DNA of 64,000 nt from Haliotis rubra (GCF_003918875.1 NW_025766967.1:434001-498000), one strand, 5' to 3'. Shown: positions 25,639 to 38,854, numbered from the stretch's first letter. Made by a program: numbers and translations. Notes: a model not told the origin generated them from the sequence alone.

Positions 25639-26663
25639 TGTTATTACAAAGAGTTATATAATGTCAATTAGCTTGATCACAGACGGCAAATGCGGAGGGG
25701 AATATGTGGTAGCTATGTGTAACAGGAATTATATTTTCTACCAACCATTCGTTTAGACGGAAACCCTCATTAGTATTATTTGCAAACACAAACAAATATA
25801 CAATACATGTCAAACTACCTTTCAGTTCCTTTACATCTGACGGTTTCAACAATAACACCTCTAAAGCGCCAACAATGGGTACTGACAATAACAAACAATG
25901 CTTCCGTGTGCATTGGGATCACTCACTCACAAAAACTCTCAGCTAGAAAACTATAATGCATCATAGTGTCTGTATACATAATGAACAATAAAGAATAGCG
26001 TCATGAATAATTTGGGGATGTTTTTATTTGAAGTTGTCTTCCTCCGGATCCACAACTTCTTTATTACAATTCTTTCGACCATAAGCAAACAAGCGATCAA
26101 GCAAGCTGCGTGATGGTATGTACACTGAAGCGTCGCATGTATTTTAATAAAGAACTTGTATTTCCCTTGTTGATCACACCAACTTCTAAATGCCACTCAA
26201 AGAAATTTCAAGTAATCAAACAAATGGTAAACAACGTGAAAGGACATGCCATAGAGGCAAGGTCACATGTATACAGACATTGACAGTCAATATTTCTTCC
26301 TTCTGACAATTGTAAATATATGTGTCGGTGCCATTGACACTCAATGCGTATAATCATTATGTTTATATAATCGCAGACAAACAGAATTTGTCCGGTTGTT
26401 GATGCGTATAGACTGATGTACCAATCAACAGCAAGAGTCTTCCGGAAACTCCCGCCATTGGTTTTGTCCTTGGCTTCATCTGTCAAAGATTCTTAACTTA
26501 AGTTAGCTATGACATATTGCCAATGACCTACTCCTATAATTTCCATCTGTTTTGCCATTTACTCAGTGGAATCTAGTTCGACAGGTCACCGAGGCAGATT
26601 ACTCTCTGGCAGTGCAATTTGCTTTTGTGTGAAGCCAGTTACACCATTTTATGGTGACACAAT

Positions 26664-28603
26664 TTATGTTCCAAGATAGTACAAACCAAAGAAGTTTGAA
26701 GGTGGGTAATTGTAGATGTACGACATGTTGCTCACATGAACAAACAGGTCATCGTTGTCCCTCAGTCGGATGGAAGCAGACAGGAAGCTTGTGACGAACT
26801 TCTCACTGACTTCCGGCATTGTCTTCTTCGCCATTAGAAGTACAGAAGGGCCTAGATTTGGCAAGTGCGAGTTGACCCTGTTGACTGTGTGAACAATGAT
26901 TTCAGGTCGGAGACGTCGCTGTTTTGTCTTGAACGTGAAGAAGGAATAGACGTGGTAGAGGCCGGGCCTGGTTATGTGGAGCTTGCGGCCATCAGTGCCA
27001 ATGTTGCCACTGCTGTAGGCGCCGTACTGTCCATAATTTTTAGTCCATGACAGAGACGGAGCTATAATGAGAGTGAATGACTTGAATTGCACGTCAGTTT
27101 TAAGAGTATTCTTAAAATATTACATGTGATTTCATGTGGTAGAATTCGAAAAGGACAAAATGAGTTCTTCGATTTAAACCAGTTTGAGGTGTGATGATGT
27201 CAAACTAAAAATCTAGTTAAGCATGAAACAGGGATTTGAGCCAGGAATTATAGGATTGAAGCACGTCGAGTGACGACTGCACAACGCCATCCACTCTTGC
27301 TGTGATTTCCATTAAAAAAAACCAAAAACCTGAATTCAAAGAAGTTTCTGAAAGTTAAACTTGATCTTCCCTCCGGTTGCGGAGGGAATCGTACAAAATG
27401 ACGTTAAATGCCAAACGAACGGGTGCTAAAGATCTAAACTTTCTCAAATATTTCAAAAATTCAGTCAATAACAGACTGCCAATTACAACTACTTACGATG
27501 AAGATTTAAATCTTCGCTGTTGACATTCAGGTGAGCTCCAGTAATTATTTGCTTGGTTCGTGGGCTACTGGTTAATGCATCACTGACTGCTTCTGTGTGG
27601 AATCTGGTCGCAAACTGTAAAAAAACGCTACTGAATACAGAATCTTCTTATGCATGATTGAGCAGTTTGATAATTAGACAACAATTGAGCTGCATGTGTG
27701 TGTCTCTACGGAAGGCTGAGTGGTATCCCACTGTCTTGATTAGAATTTGTTACGAGCACCCCTGCGTTAGTCGTTACAATTGCCACTAATGCAAACAGTC
27801 GAAAGTAAGTGTGTTTAAACATACCTCTCGGGCAACTATACTAGCATAGACAACATAAGCGACTGCACTGCATATCCCCTGAGTGAGTGAGTGTGGTTTT
27901 ACGCCGCTTTTAGCAATATTCCAGAAATGGACTTCACACATTGTACCAATGTGAGGAATCGAACCCGTGACGAGCGAATGCTTTAAACACTAGGCTACCC
28001 AATCGCTCTTCATATCTCATGAACACAATAGCCTGATCGATAATCATAAATCACACGCATAAATCCGCAAATCGAAGTCGTGTTGAAGCTTCTTAATATT
28101 TCATCCCGCGTGATATGAAACAATTAATTGTAAAAAGAAACGTTTTCTGAACTCACCATCGACGCAAGCCTCCACAAACCTTCTGCATTTCGCAAACAAC
28201 ATAAAAAGGACGAACCAGTCACGTGATGCACGTGCAGCTCGTGTAAGTCCGGTTGGTTTCTGTCGGGATGCACCCCCAGCAAACTGCAGTCCGTGCAAAC
28301 CGTGTTTTCGTGCACATCAAAAACACGGGCCTCAGCGCGCGGACTGTCGTCTGCTTTATGCTTAAAAGTCACAGTGGTTAACAACCAAACGACAGCCAGA
28401 ACATTGATCCCCAGAGATACGACGAGGACGACAGCAGCAGTGCTGCGTTTACAACAACGAGGAACTCTTTCAAATCCGCTGGATTTAACGTCCTGTGAGA
28501 GATGGTCAACTTTACAATAGCTAGTTTCTGAGTTGTCTGTTTGCTCAGATGAACTGTCACAAATCTTGTACTTGATGTCGGCTGTTGTTGCCAGCACCGC
28601 CAT
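26664..28603 (-). CDS. TNF-superfamily ligand TNF-3, 320 aa; exons 28603-28157, 27614-27497, 27061-26664
   Basis: TM AAVVLVVSLGINVLAVVWLL, CTDC..CC, GAHLNV, LSW, LHITRPGLYHVYS, SNFFGLYYL. Closest paralog of TNF-2. GT/AG sites with phases 0 and 1. Confidence 0.93.
27880..28010 (-). mobile_element. SINE family A (deleted copy) in TNF-3 intron 1
   Basis: gagtgagtgagt..tacgccgcttttagcaatattccag..gaatcgaaccc..cactaggctaccc. Confidence 0.75.
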
Positions 28604-28759
28604 CTTTCAACGATCGTTAAACATTGACGCTGTGTTCCACGAAGTCGATTTCTCGGAAATTGCTGTGTTGAGTGTGCTGCAGGTGAATAGCTTTGACCTA
28701 CATATGGCCGTTTATTGCCTGCTTGCATGCACACTCTGTGGTTACTAACAATTTGCAGA

Positions 28760-28769
28760 CTATAAATAG
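28760..28769 (-). promoter_or_regulatory. CTATAAATAG TATA/MEF2-like box upstream of TNF-3
   Basis: About 155 bp upstream of the ATG; shared with TNF-2. Confidence 0.45.
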
Positions 28770-28783
28770 GGACTGGTTTTTCA

Positions 28784-29115
28784 CGTATCTGTGTCCGTGA
28801 GGTTGAGTTTCAAGTTTGCATACTGCATTGTAAATTTCGATCCGATCCGATACTATGCAACTTCAGTCGCCACACGAAGCACTTGATTCGGGTTCTGACA
28901 CGAGCTGTATGCGCCTGGGCAAGAGTTCCGCCCGTAACACCCGTATCTGTGTCCGTGAGGTTGCGTTTCAAGTTTGCATACTGCATTGTAAATTTCGATC
29001 CGAACGATCCGATCCGATCCGATACTATGCAACTTCACTCGCCACACGTAGCACTTGATTCGGGTTCTGACGCGAGTTGTATGCGCCTGGGCAAGAGCTC
29101 CGCCCGTAACACCCG
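28784..29115. repeat. ~160 bp tandem duplication directly upstream of TNF-3
   Basis: cgtatctgtgtccgtgaggttg..ccgcccgtaacacc occurs twice. Confidence 0.88.
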
Positions 29116-29257
29116 CTTGAAATGTATCGTACTTATTAGGATGATTTCGAGGGTTTAGGGTTACGTTTAGGCTTTTTTATAAAAAAAATATAGGCCTATA
29201 TTTTTAGGCATAGAATGATACGGAATAAAATACGGGGTTACGGGCGGAAATCTTTCC
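29089..29257. mobile_element. Small inverted-repeat element
   Basis: ggcaagagctccgcccgtaacacc pairs with ggggttacgggcggaaatctttcc; internal gggtttagggtta-type repeats. Confidence 0.55.
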
Positions 29258-29665
29258 AATTTTGCTCATCCTTTCGAGTCGGAACTATTTTCTAAAAATA
29301 TATTATTCATGTGTGTTTTTGCTAGATTTTCACCTCGCTGTGCATCATAAATTATCAGATTTAAATATTTGATACTTTCATAAAAATATAATGTTTGTGC
29401 CGACGTTCCCAAACGTAGAAGTTCAAGGCGCAAACTATCGATAGACCATTGATTGATTATGTTGAAACTAAGCAATTTGTAATAATGTATTATATCTGCT
29501 GCCTTTAAGTAAAGAAAATATGTTTAACAAATATATTTGTTTTGCAATCTAGCGAAGGGCAATTTTAATGTATCGTTAACTCTGTATAACCGGTAAATCC
29601 CACTACCCTTTTGGAGAAATTCTCCGATTTCACTTACAGAAATATCGACCCTGTTAAAGTAAATA

Positions 29666-30089
29666 TACTACCCATCAAAAGTTTAGACTCACTTAAAGCA
29701 CTCACTATATGTTATGTATATGTATGTGGTTACATCGAAGATGAATTTCTCCACCAACTTGGGGGAACCAACTGAAAACCTTATGCAGATGAATTGCACA
29801 AGGATGATGCTTCAAATTGCGAAAGGCATGAGCAAATGTCGTGCATGTGAACAGATGCGTTTTGGTGTAAATTTTGTTAAGAATTCGCCAATTTTCACAG
29901 ATTTTAATCATTTACTGAACTCATGACAATAATCTTTTCAATGTTACGAATATGTTTTACAATACACCAGTTCATAACTAAACAGTACCTTTAAACAGTA
30001 TGGAATATTTTGCAAAAAGCTAGTTTAGAACAGTGGACAAGTAAGTGGCTACATTTACACTAGTGAGTCTAAACTTTTGATGGGTAGTA
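29666..30089. mobile_element. Full-length 424 bp Tc1/mariner-type MITE
   Basis: Perfect 28-bp TIR TACTACCCATCAAAAGTTTAGACTCACT, TA flanks. Confidence 0.92.
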
Positions 30090-31176
30090 TATTAGAAGTC
30101 AACGCCAGAGAACACCAGTCACGATGTTCATTTTCAAACTGAAAGAGACACAATAATATCTTTGAGAATCCTTATCCGCTGTGCTAGTATTCTCTTGCCG
30201 ACACAAATGTATTGACTACAACTCACTGTGAGACCTGTCACCATTCGTTAGTTGTAATGTGTAACAAGGAAGTCCCACTTCTGCGTATTCTCTAGATAAG
30301 GTTTGTAAAGGATCAAGACGCCTAACCTGTCAATAGTTAATGTTACGATCAGAGAAGAAGCTTTTCAACTGCAGCCATCTTCCTTGTGAGTGTCGCTTTC
30401 TTGTTCAATGAATGTAACGCGGACGTACTTCACGCAAAATAGTCACGATCTTTGTGAATGTCACTGGCGCCTTTGCAATATATTCATAGAATGAACAGTT
30501 TTACCCTGATTGCAGTAATGCTTGGGACGAGTAATGAAGCGGGTGGTCAGGCATGTAGAATTTGTGCAGATCGATACATGTTCCAGTCAATAGATTCCAG
30601 ATACATTTCTTTACAAACCACCTTTATATTGCTGGAACATTGACAACTACGCCAAGCAAAAACAATAAACAAGCAACAAACATATCTTCAGACATGAACA
30701 AATATGACATTTGTGTGTGACAAGCTTCTATTCCGCTCACATCTTACTCTGCCTTGTTAATCCAATTATGCTTTGTCATAAGTATATTTTATTCAAGTAT
30801 TGTGGTAGATGTTTTCTTTCAGTAGGCTGACAGTTTCTGTCCTGCACTCGGAAATGTGGAGATTTGAAAAAACTGTTGGAGTTCTCGTTTTCGTATTCGA
30901 GGAAAATCTGATCAAATTTCATTTTATTCTTGAATTAGTTAAGAGAGTTTTCACATTTAAGGTTAAACATGTACAGGTAGCTCTGACGCGCTGCGCTGCA
31001 TGAATCAATGAAGCTGATGATGAGAGGTCTCCCATATTCTGACTCAAAATTCCTCCATGATTCTTGTATAAGCATTTGAGATGATATTTCTGTCAAAATA
31101 TACTATCCAAATGTAATGTGTACATTGTTAACAGTTTCGAAAACATTCTACACACATATCTCTCTATTGTCTTATT

Positions 31177-31193
31177 TCACACACACACACACA

Positions 31194-31237
<44 letters not shown>
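31177..31237. repeat. (CA)n microsatellite
   Basis: Direct reading. Confidence 0.95.
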
Positions 31238-31241
<4 letters not shown>

Positions 31242-32309
31242 GTTACTTCGTCCACGCTGTTGGATAAGAACACGAAATCATTTCCAAGGAATCACTTAAC
31301 GTGTTATTTCTCCTTTACGCGGAATCCGATAGATATTCATCTAAAACTCGGCGTAATAAAACACTGATATATCGTAAACATAAAGAAACTTCCTTGTAAT
31401 TGTTGGGGGGTTTGACGGACCTCTTTTCCCCTGAATATGCCAATCGTTAATAAGCCAGTGCTTCTCAGAAATGACAAACCTGATAACCTCCACAGCATGC
31501 GACCAATGAGCGTCACGAATGTGGAATAGGGTTTCTGTGACTGGGTATTCACCAATACCTCTTCCCCATACCACGTGTCCCAACATGATATGGATCTGTA
31601 AATTTGCAAAACGTTTTTTTAACGCACACAATATAAGAATCATGTAATGTTAACTTGTGTTTTCAGGTCACTGCTCAGGTTCTGGTTAAACGACGAGTTA
31701 TACAAAAAGGACGTTCTGGTCCAATGAAATTGACGAATTAAAATAGAAAACCCTACACAACGTAATGAGGAAACTGGATACATTCCTTCCAGAAGTTTTC
31801 ATGAAATACAATATTGATTCTCCAATATTTGCAGCAAAACGTATGTTTTATTATATGCTTCAAACGATGACCTCATTAAGGTGATATTGTCAGGAAATGA
31901 CTGTTCTTTTGTTATGTTGCCCAGAAGAGATTACGGGTTGGGTGTTCTACCCAGCATCTTATGTTGACCGATCAAACGGACTGAGTGGCCAGGTTTAATT
32001 GATGGCGTATCATGACGTCGTGGAGCATCCCCAGCACTGCTGTCACTGAAATATCCTGACTCAACGTTGTCACCAGGAGCCAACAATACAGTTTCGAAAA
32101 GAACGCTATCACCCGGAAAATATATTATTCTCCCTACACTTTATATTTTTAATTGGTAATATCACTAACAGCGTTCCGTTAAATACAGATCTCTCAGAGT
32201 GATTTTTGGAGTGTTTTTGTTTTCAATACTTCTTTAAGTGGCTTGGTGAAGATGGCTCGCTGATTAAATTGGATATTACGCATTTTTAGTAATAAAAATA
32301 GTAATAATC

Positions 32310-32560
32310 CTCTTACATGGCGCTCATATCCAGGCACATTGCCTGCTCACGGCGCTACGTATTACTATCCCCGTCATAGGACACTATCGTACTTTCCGAT
32401 ACTTTTTCAACTCTCTGGGGACTGTACAGCCATGCTGCCTGTTAGGCGCAATGAACTAAACACTTACATTGCCAGCACATCCTCACGGGTACCCATTTTA
32501 CAGCTGGGTGAACAGACAGTGTGGATCTAAGTATCTTGTCAAAGGATACTACGCAAATGT
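32310..32560 (-). mobile_element. Old CORE-like SINE fragment; related pieces at ~47080-47205 and ~1645-1692
   Basis: gggtacccattttacagctgggtgaacag..aagtatcttgtcaaagg resembles the reverse of a CORE domain (recalled, not searched). Confidence 0.5.
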
Positions 32561-33190
32561 GCGTGCCCACCTCCTGGGCAAATCTGAAAGTAAGCTGATC
32601 GAACAGATTGGATGCTTATGCCTTGTCTGTTTGACGTCAACCCTGTTTTCTGGCTTTAACTGCTCAGATAAATTATCAAGCCAACTTTATAGGCAAGTGG
32701 ATACGGACTCCGCTCAGAGAACGACAATTCGGTGATTCGATCCGATGGTACCGTCAAACAAACAGGACGTTAGTGCATGCTGGTCTGTGTTACCTGCCTC
32801 TTCTCGAATTAAGTCGATAAGACTGTTTGTCTTGGAGTGATGAGACTCTCTGAGTCGAGTGTCCATGTTGTGTGTGGTATCCTACAGTACTGTTACCCAG
32901 TGGACGCACGCACGCACGCACGCACGCACGTACGCAGGCACGTACGCAAACTACAAACACACGACACCACGCATACACTCTAAATAGTACTCACTATGTG
33001 CATCTTGAATGCAGGGTAAACCCTCATACCACTTCATCTGACTCCTAAACTGTTGATTGTGAGGCGGAGGACAATTTAAATGGAAGGATCATTTCATTTA
33101 TATGGTACAGGGTTCCTAGGGTCGGCTACAGGCAGTAGCCATGTGAGGGTCGTCCATCACTGTAAGAATGGATGGTCATCATTAACGAAA

Positions 33191-33438
33191 GTGAGTGAGG
33201 GAGAGTTTAGTTTTACGCCGCACTCAGCAATATTCCAGCTATATGGCGGCGGTCTGTAAATAATCGAGTCGGGACCAGACAATCCAGTGATCAACAGCAT
33301 GAACATCGTACGGAGCATTTGGGATACGATGACATGTGTCAACAAAGTCAGCGACTGTGACCACCCGATCCCGTCAGTAGTCTTTTGTGGCAAGCATGGG
33401 TTGCTGAAGACCTATTCTACCCCGGATCTTCACGGGTC
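33191..33438 (-). mobile_element. SINE family B with TSD
   Basis: cattaacgaaag on both flanks. Confidence 0.9.
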
Positions 33439-33530
33439 CATTAACGAAAGGAGCAAGTATAAGGAATGTTTTCCCTCCTGAAAATATGTGTGTATCTGTA
33501 TTAATGAGATGAACCTGTTGATGTATATTA

Positions 33531-33680
33531 AGGTGAGGTGAGGTGAAATTGGGTTTAACGTCGTGCTTGAGAATATTTTGCTCATATGACGACGTGGATG
33601 CGTGTGTATGTCTATGTGCGGCTGCTTGTACTAGCCCAGACTTAAGCTGGTTTTATAGTGCTAGCCCACTGAGATACCAC
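33531..33680 (-). mobile_element. SINE family C, 3' fragment
   Basis: Matches 23927-24072. Confidence 0.85.
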
Positions 33681-34232
33681 TATGAAGACTGCTTTTACTG
33701 CATAGGTGTTATCGGCACAGCATGTTCATGAGGAATAGACAACATGAACAACCATATACGTCAATGTCCTTTGTGTGCACTCCGACCTTTTTTGTATCTT
33801 TTAAAAACAAAACACAAAATAAACAACTGCAGAAAAAAGCACGTTTAATAATCGAAAAAAGTGATAAAACTTGTATAACACCGGTTATTAATATATATTT
33901 TGTATATAAACAACATTAAAACTAATCAGAGAAAGAATGTTTATCAGAGTAAAATAAGACATTATCCGGTTGTTTTACCAGCTTTTTCCAACCCGGCAGT
34001 ATGTTTTATCCCTCAAAATACAAGTTCAAGTTCAAGTTAGGGTGGAATCCACAATGGTAATATGACACAACACGTTAACCGTTATTTTGGGAACACACAG
34101 TAAATATTACTCAGTGCGAACCCGGCTCTACCAGAAGCTTTCTCAAAAACCTCACACAAATTCAACGTCATCAAAAAGACTTCCTCGGTAGCCAGGAGTA
34201 TATTTACAGAAATATTTTATCTTACATGACAG

Positions 34233-37150
34233 TCAGTTATCTAACTTGAAAAGGCCAAAATAGTTAGATGGCGAGTAGGCGTACACCGACGAAACTGGTT
34301 CAACGTTTACCCATACTTCATCCCCTTTCCTCAGAACTAGTGACGCTCCGAGATAGGTTGTGGCGAACCTCTTGCTTTCTCTCGCGAGATTGTGTTTTCG
34401 AAACAGCAGAAGCTGGTTCTGCAGCTGTGGAAGACTGGGGTTATAACGGGTGACTGTGTGAAGAGCATTACGGCTCTCGCTGGTAGTCTCGCGAGTTTTC
34501 AGCGTGAAGAAGGAGTAGAGGAAGTACGTTCCATCTTCTTTGATCTGTATTCTTCCGTCGACTAGTTTGACACCGTGACCAATGTATGCACACCCGTATC
34601 CCAAATCAGTGGTCCAGACAAGCTTGTGCTCTGTAAGATGGATCTGACACTGTGTTAGTAGTTCATGTGATGACCTCAATATTGTAAGAGATTCAGCAAG
34701 AAAAACGTTTAATTTAAGGCCACGTAAAAAAATATTCCTGTTTCACATTACCTCCCGACCCAAATATTCGACCCTATCCTAAGAAAAAAAAAATTTACAC
34801 AAGAGAAAATGCAACTTTGACTCTCAAAGATTTGTCACTCTTTTAAACTTTGATTTTCTATCGGATAAAATATGTAAATTTCCACAAACTTCAAAGGCTT
34901 TGGACATAAAATAGAATAAAATGTAAAATTAATTTTCCTCCCCCTATACCCCGATCCATTTTTTTTTTAAAGTGATAAGAAACATTCTTTTTTTATGTGG
35001 CCTAAGGTGGAAGTTTAGTTTATACACGGTACCAGTTTCATTGCAATTTTGCATCTTGTTTCAAAACTACGTGAATGACTTGAAAATAAGTTGATGGATG
35101 AAGGGCCTCATTTGAATATATACCAACAAAAAATATGACTTACCTTTCAGAAATCCGCTTTCCAGGAATAAATGAGCGCCATGTTGGATTTGAAGTGGAC
35201 TTGTCAACACGGGCGTCGTGTCAATACTTGTCCTGTTATAGTACCGGAACTGAGCTGAAAACTACACCCTTTAAACACTGGGATCACGCACATCAATACA
35301 AGATGAAATAAAACATTACGTTCAAATGATTTTTGATGACTGTATATCATTTTTGTACACATTGAAAAATATTCCGACGTGATCGGTTGAAAGACGGAAG
35401 AGCTGACGAACTGATGAGGGAGATGTGTGATGGGTTAATATTAAGTGAGAGAGTGCGTGCGCGCGTGCGTGCGTGATCGTGTGAGTTGGGTTTAATGCTG
35501 ATTTGACCAGTATTCAAGTTATATTTTGGCTTGTAAGTTGAAACCACCGATCATTGGTATGTTCCTGACAGATATAGAAAGGCAAACAACGTTCGAACCC
35601 ATGGTGAGGGCTTCCTGACGTGTCCAAGGGACGCAACTGTAGACGACAGGGCCAGCCGTCTTCTTGTAGAGAGATAACTCCTGACTGGATGTAATGCCAT
35701 GGATAGTTGATGGATAAATGATGGATGGTGGGTCATAAATGGTGGATGGATGAGGGAGAAAAAATGATGAATTGCTAAATATCAGATAAGAAATATTGAT
35801 GATGGATATGTGAAAAGGTGGGTATGAAACGGCTGACGTAATGAAGGGATGGATCAGTGAGCGCTGGTAGAGCGATGGCGATGGTTTTCTCGGAAACCAG
35901 TGTGACGTAACAATAAAACGCGATGGCAGCTGCAGAACAGCTCAGATTTCACAAAAGGTGATGGGTGCTTCTTTGTTAATTTTAACAGATCGCTTCAAGA
36001 GACATGAAGATGGGCAGATGTTTTATTTGTAGTTTTCTAGTTGTAGCACTGACAACTTCCTTACCTTTAAGATGTCTTTTTCTTAAAAATTGTGTGCATC
36101 TGTTTACGTGTACCGCCTTTGAATGTAAAAGAGAAGTTTGATCGACTTGATCGACAGGTGGAAGATGTGTAGATGAATTATAGTCCGTTTGGCTAAAAAG
36201 CGGACCGATGAATTGCAATCTAACTCGAAAACTAATAAACATATAATACGCAATGAAACGCTGATCATAATCAAAACATCAGACCAACTCTGTGATTTGT
36301 TTGCAAAATTGTATGTCCTAAAATGAAAAAAGTTGTTTAACAAACTATCATTAAATTATTGTCACAGTTCACTATTTGTTACGAGGGAGGAGTGCAGAGA
36401 AAGGGACTAGAGTGTAGTCAACCCCCATTGCTGTTATATATACACAAATATTCATGTTTACGTCACAAAGCACCGTATAATACCCTCATAAATTAATTGG
36501 CACTATGACCGTAATCACGAGTTTCATAATGGACCCTGTCTTATAACAGATATCGTATGATTATATCACGGATTATGCCACTTTAACATATGTCGACATC
36601 AACTCGATTTCCGTTGTTTAGTTGCCGATGAGGCTTAAAACAGCATTTACTCACTCCGTTGTTGTTTTTTAATTTTAAGTTTTTAAAGATTGAATGGTGT
36701 ATGTGTACTTACGACTGTAATAAGCTTTTGTAGATGGTCAGAGTTCTTTAGACAACAGAAAGTGTTGTGGTCTGGCATGCTTCTTACGACGATATCCTTC
36801 CTTCCATTCACCACACCATCTTGCACATTGAAGCCAAGGCTTGCACACAGAACACAAACACTTGAGCTCAGATCTTCGGAAGAATCCAAGACTTCCAGGC
36901 CGGAATTCTGCGACATTCCATGTCTGGCAACTGACATCACCAAGACAACACCGAGTGTGATGTTGACACACATTGACAGCACAAGGACGGCCACCAAGGG
37001 ATGTTTCTTCACATCAAAGCATTTTTCTTTGTTGTTGCTTTTCTCGTTTTCCCTTGCCTGTTTCGTCTTCTGGATCTGACAGGTATGGTCTTTTTTGAGG
37101 TGACTAACGTATAAATAGGACGGGTCAGACCCATCCTCTGTAGTGTCCAT
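34233..37150 (-). CDS. TNF-superfamily ligand TNF-4; exons 37150-36713, 35249(or 35254)-35144, 34630-34233
   Basis: TM LVAVLVLSMCVNITLGVVLVM, CVLC..CC, GAHLFL, LVW, IQIKEDGTYFLYS, YLGASLVLRKGDEVWV, SNYFGLFKL. Exon 2 is in frame only from the second AG (35249). In-frame ATGs further upstream at 37213 and 37243. Confidence 0.88.
34718..35002. mobile_element. PIF/Harbinger-type MITE in TNF-4 intron 2
   Basis: Ends GGCCAC(G/A)TAAAAAAA..GTTTC inverted; TAA on both flanks. Confidence 0.7.
36181..36409. mobile_element. Truncated copy of the 62842-63097 MITE, opposite orientation
   Basis: tagtccgtttggctaaaaagcggacc end; body is the reverse complement of 62870-63097. Confidence 0.8.
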
Positions 37151-37336
37151 CGGATGTGTCTTGGTCTCCGATAGACAATTACTGAGAGACGACTTTTGGT
37201 TTAACCAAACCATGCTTAAAGGAACAAGGGGGGAAACCAGCATTTGCCTCAAAACATGTTCGAAGCAGGAATAAAAGCTAAATCCGGGTTGGTGGACCAG
37301 GTGACCAACGACAGGTGCATGACGCGGGGAAGAAAA

Positions 37337-37347
37337 GGGGAATCCCC
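37337..37347. promoter_or_regulatory. NF-kB (kappaB) consensus site upstream of TNF-4
   Basis: GGGGAATCCCC about 190 bp 5' of the ATG. Confidence 0.6.
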
Positions 37348-38203
37348 GGTTATACGGTATGATATCAAGGAAGATATTAATTTATTTCTGTTTTATAATT
37401 TCGTTAGTTAAAAGTATGTTAGCATTTCTGTACTTATTTGTCTGTGGTAAATACATTTAATATTTCACATTTTCCTGTTTGTTATTCGTTAAATCAACAC
37501 CAGTTGCGCCACAATAAAGCCATGTGTCATGCAGTGAACTTGCCTGCTGACACACCAGGAAGTGTGTATCGTGTTCATATTATAAAGCAGTTGGTGCAAC
37601 ATTATACGTTACCTCACACATCCCGGCCACACAGCTCACCGGACCTATGTATAGAGGGTATACGATAGTATATCTGTCTGCCCATCTCACCACGTGCCTA
37701 CCTACCAACATCTATAATTCCTGTCTTTCCAACAACCTATCTACACTAATTAAACCTCATATCCCATACAAGAACAAATTAAACATGTAACCTTTTAAAG
37801 CCTAATTGTCTTTCAAAATAAAACAAATCCGCTTTTGGATTTCATTTTCTATTTTTGAAAGTAAATTTAACTTTGAATCTTTTCAATTATATTACATCAG
37901 CTTTACATGGGACAACGTCCGACGTGAGTCAGATTGTACGGCGTTGATCCAGACATGTACGGATTAGATGGTTATGGTGCTAGCAAACCAAAAATCACAA
38001 AAAAATGATGAATTTGGGATTTGACCCACCAGCATAAGTCTGGCATGTTAAAGGGGCGTAACTCAGTACACTTGCAACAAGCAGCAGCGGATAAGTACAA
38101 CCCGCCAGTTGTTCTGTTGAGGAGATACAACTGCATGGATATATCAATCAGCGTGGAGGTTGTGGAAAATGTTGTATACACGGAAATATTATAATTAATT
38201 AGA

Positions 38204-38664
38204 TAGGGCTTACATAACGATATCGATGCATCGAAATATCGATGGATTGCAATTGTTGAGTCTCCGATAGCAATTACTCGATGGTAGAAACGAAAATATA
38301 TCGATGCATCGATAGTATGTGTGACTATCGATAGTTTAGTGAATGACTTCCGTTGATAAATGTGCAGCACAAAATACAGGAAGTACCAGATTCGTTCACT
38401 GTGATGCAGAGTTATACGCCCCTGTTACCTCTCAAACAAACTTAATCTGGGTTTCAGCTTTCTTGTCAGTTATCAGAAGACACTGAGCATACTTCAGCTT
38501 GTTTCAGCTTATATTTTATTTTATGTTTTTATAAACTATACATTCATTTGGGAAATGACTTCAACTGAGACAATTCAAGGAGAAAAAAATAAAAACTATT
38601 GCAATAGTTTTGCAATAGACTATCGCTATCGCAATAGTTATTTCCGCCTCAGTAGTCACCCCTA
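38204..38664. mobile_element. hAT-type MITE
   Basis: TAGGG..CCCTA ends, 8-bp TSD taattaga/taagtaga, subterminal atcg-rich repeats. Confidence 0.75.
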
Positions 38665-38854
38665 TAAGTAGATGTCTACCTAGCATGTGTGACAAGACCG
38701 TACTGACGTACAACTGTAGTGATTCAGGAGAACCTAACGTACTGCTTATAATTATTATTGTATTTGCTGTGTCTATTGTACTTGGAGCGCAGATTGAACG
38801 CATAACCTATGGTGAAAAGCTGGGGCACTGTCATGACCATCTCTCTGTCAACTA

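Noticed and set aside
23936-25756. Recurrent MKLGLTSCLRIF ORFs suggesting a small gene family
   Set aside because: Antisense translations of SINE family C.
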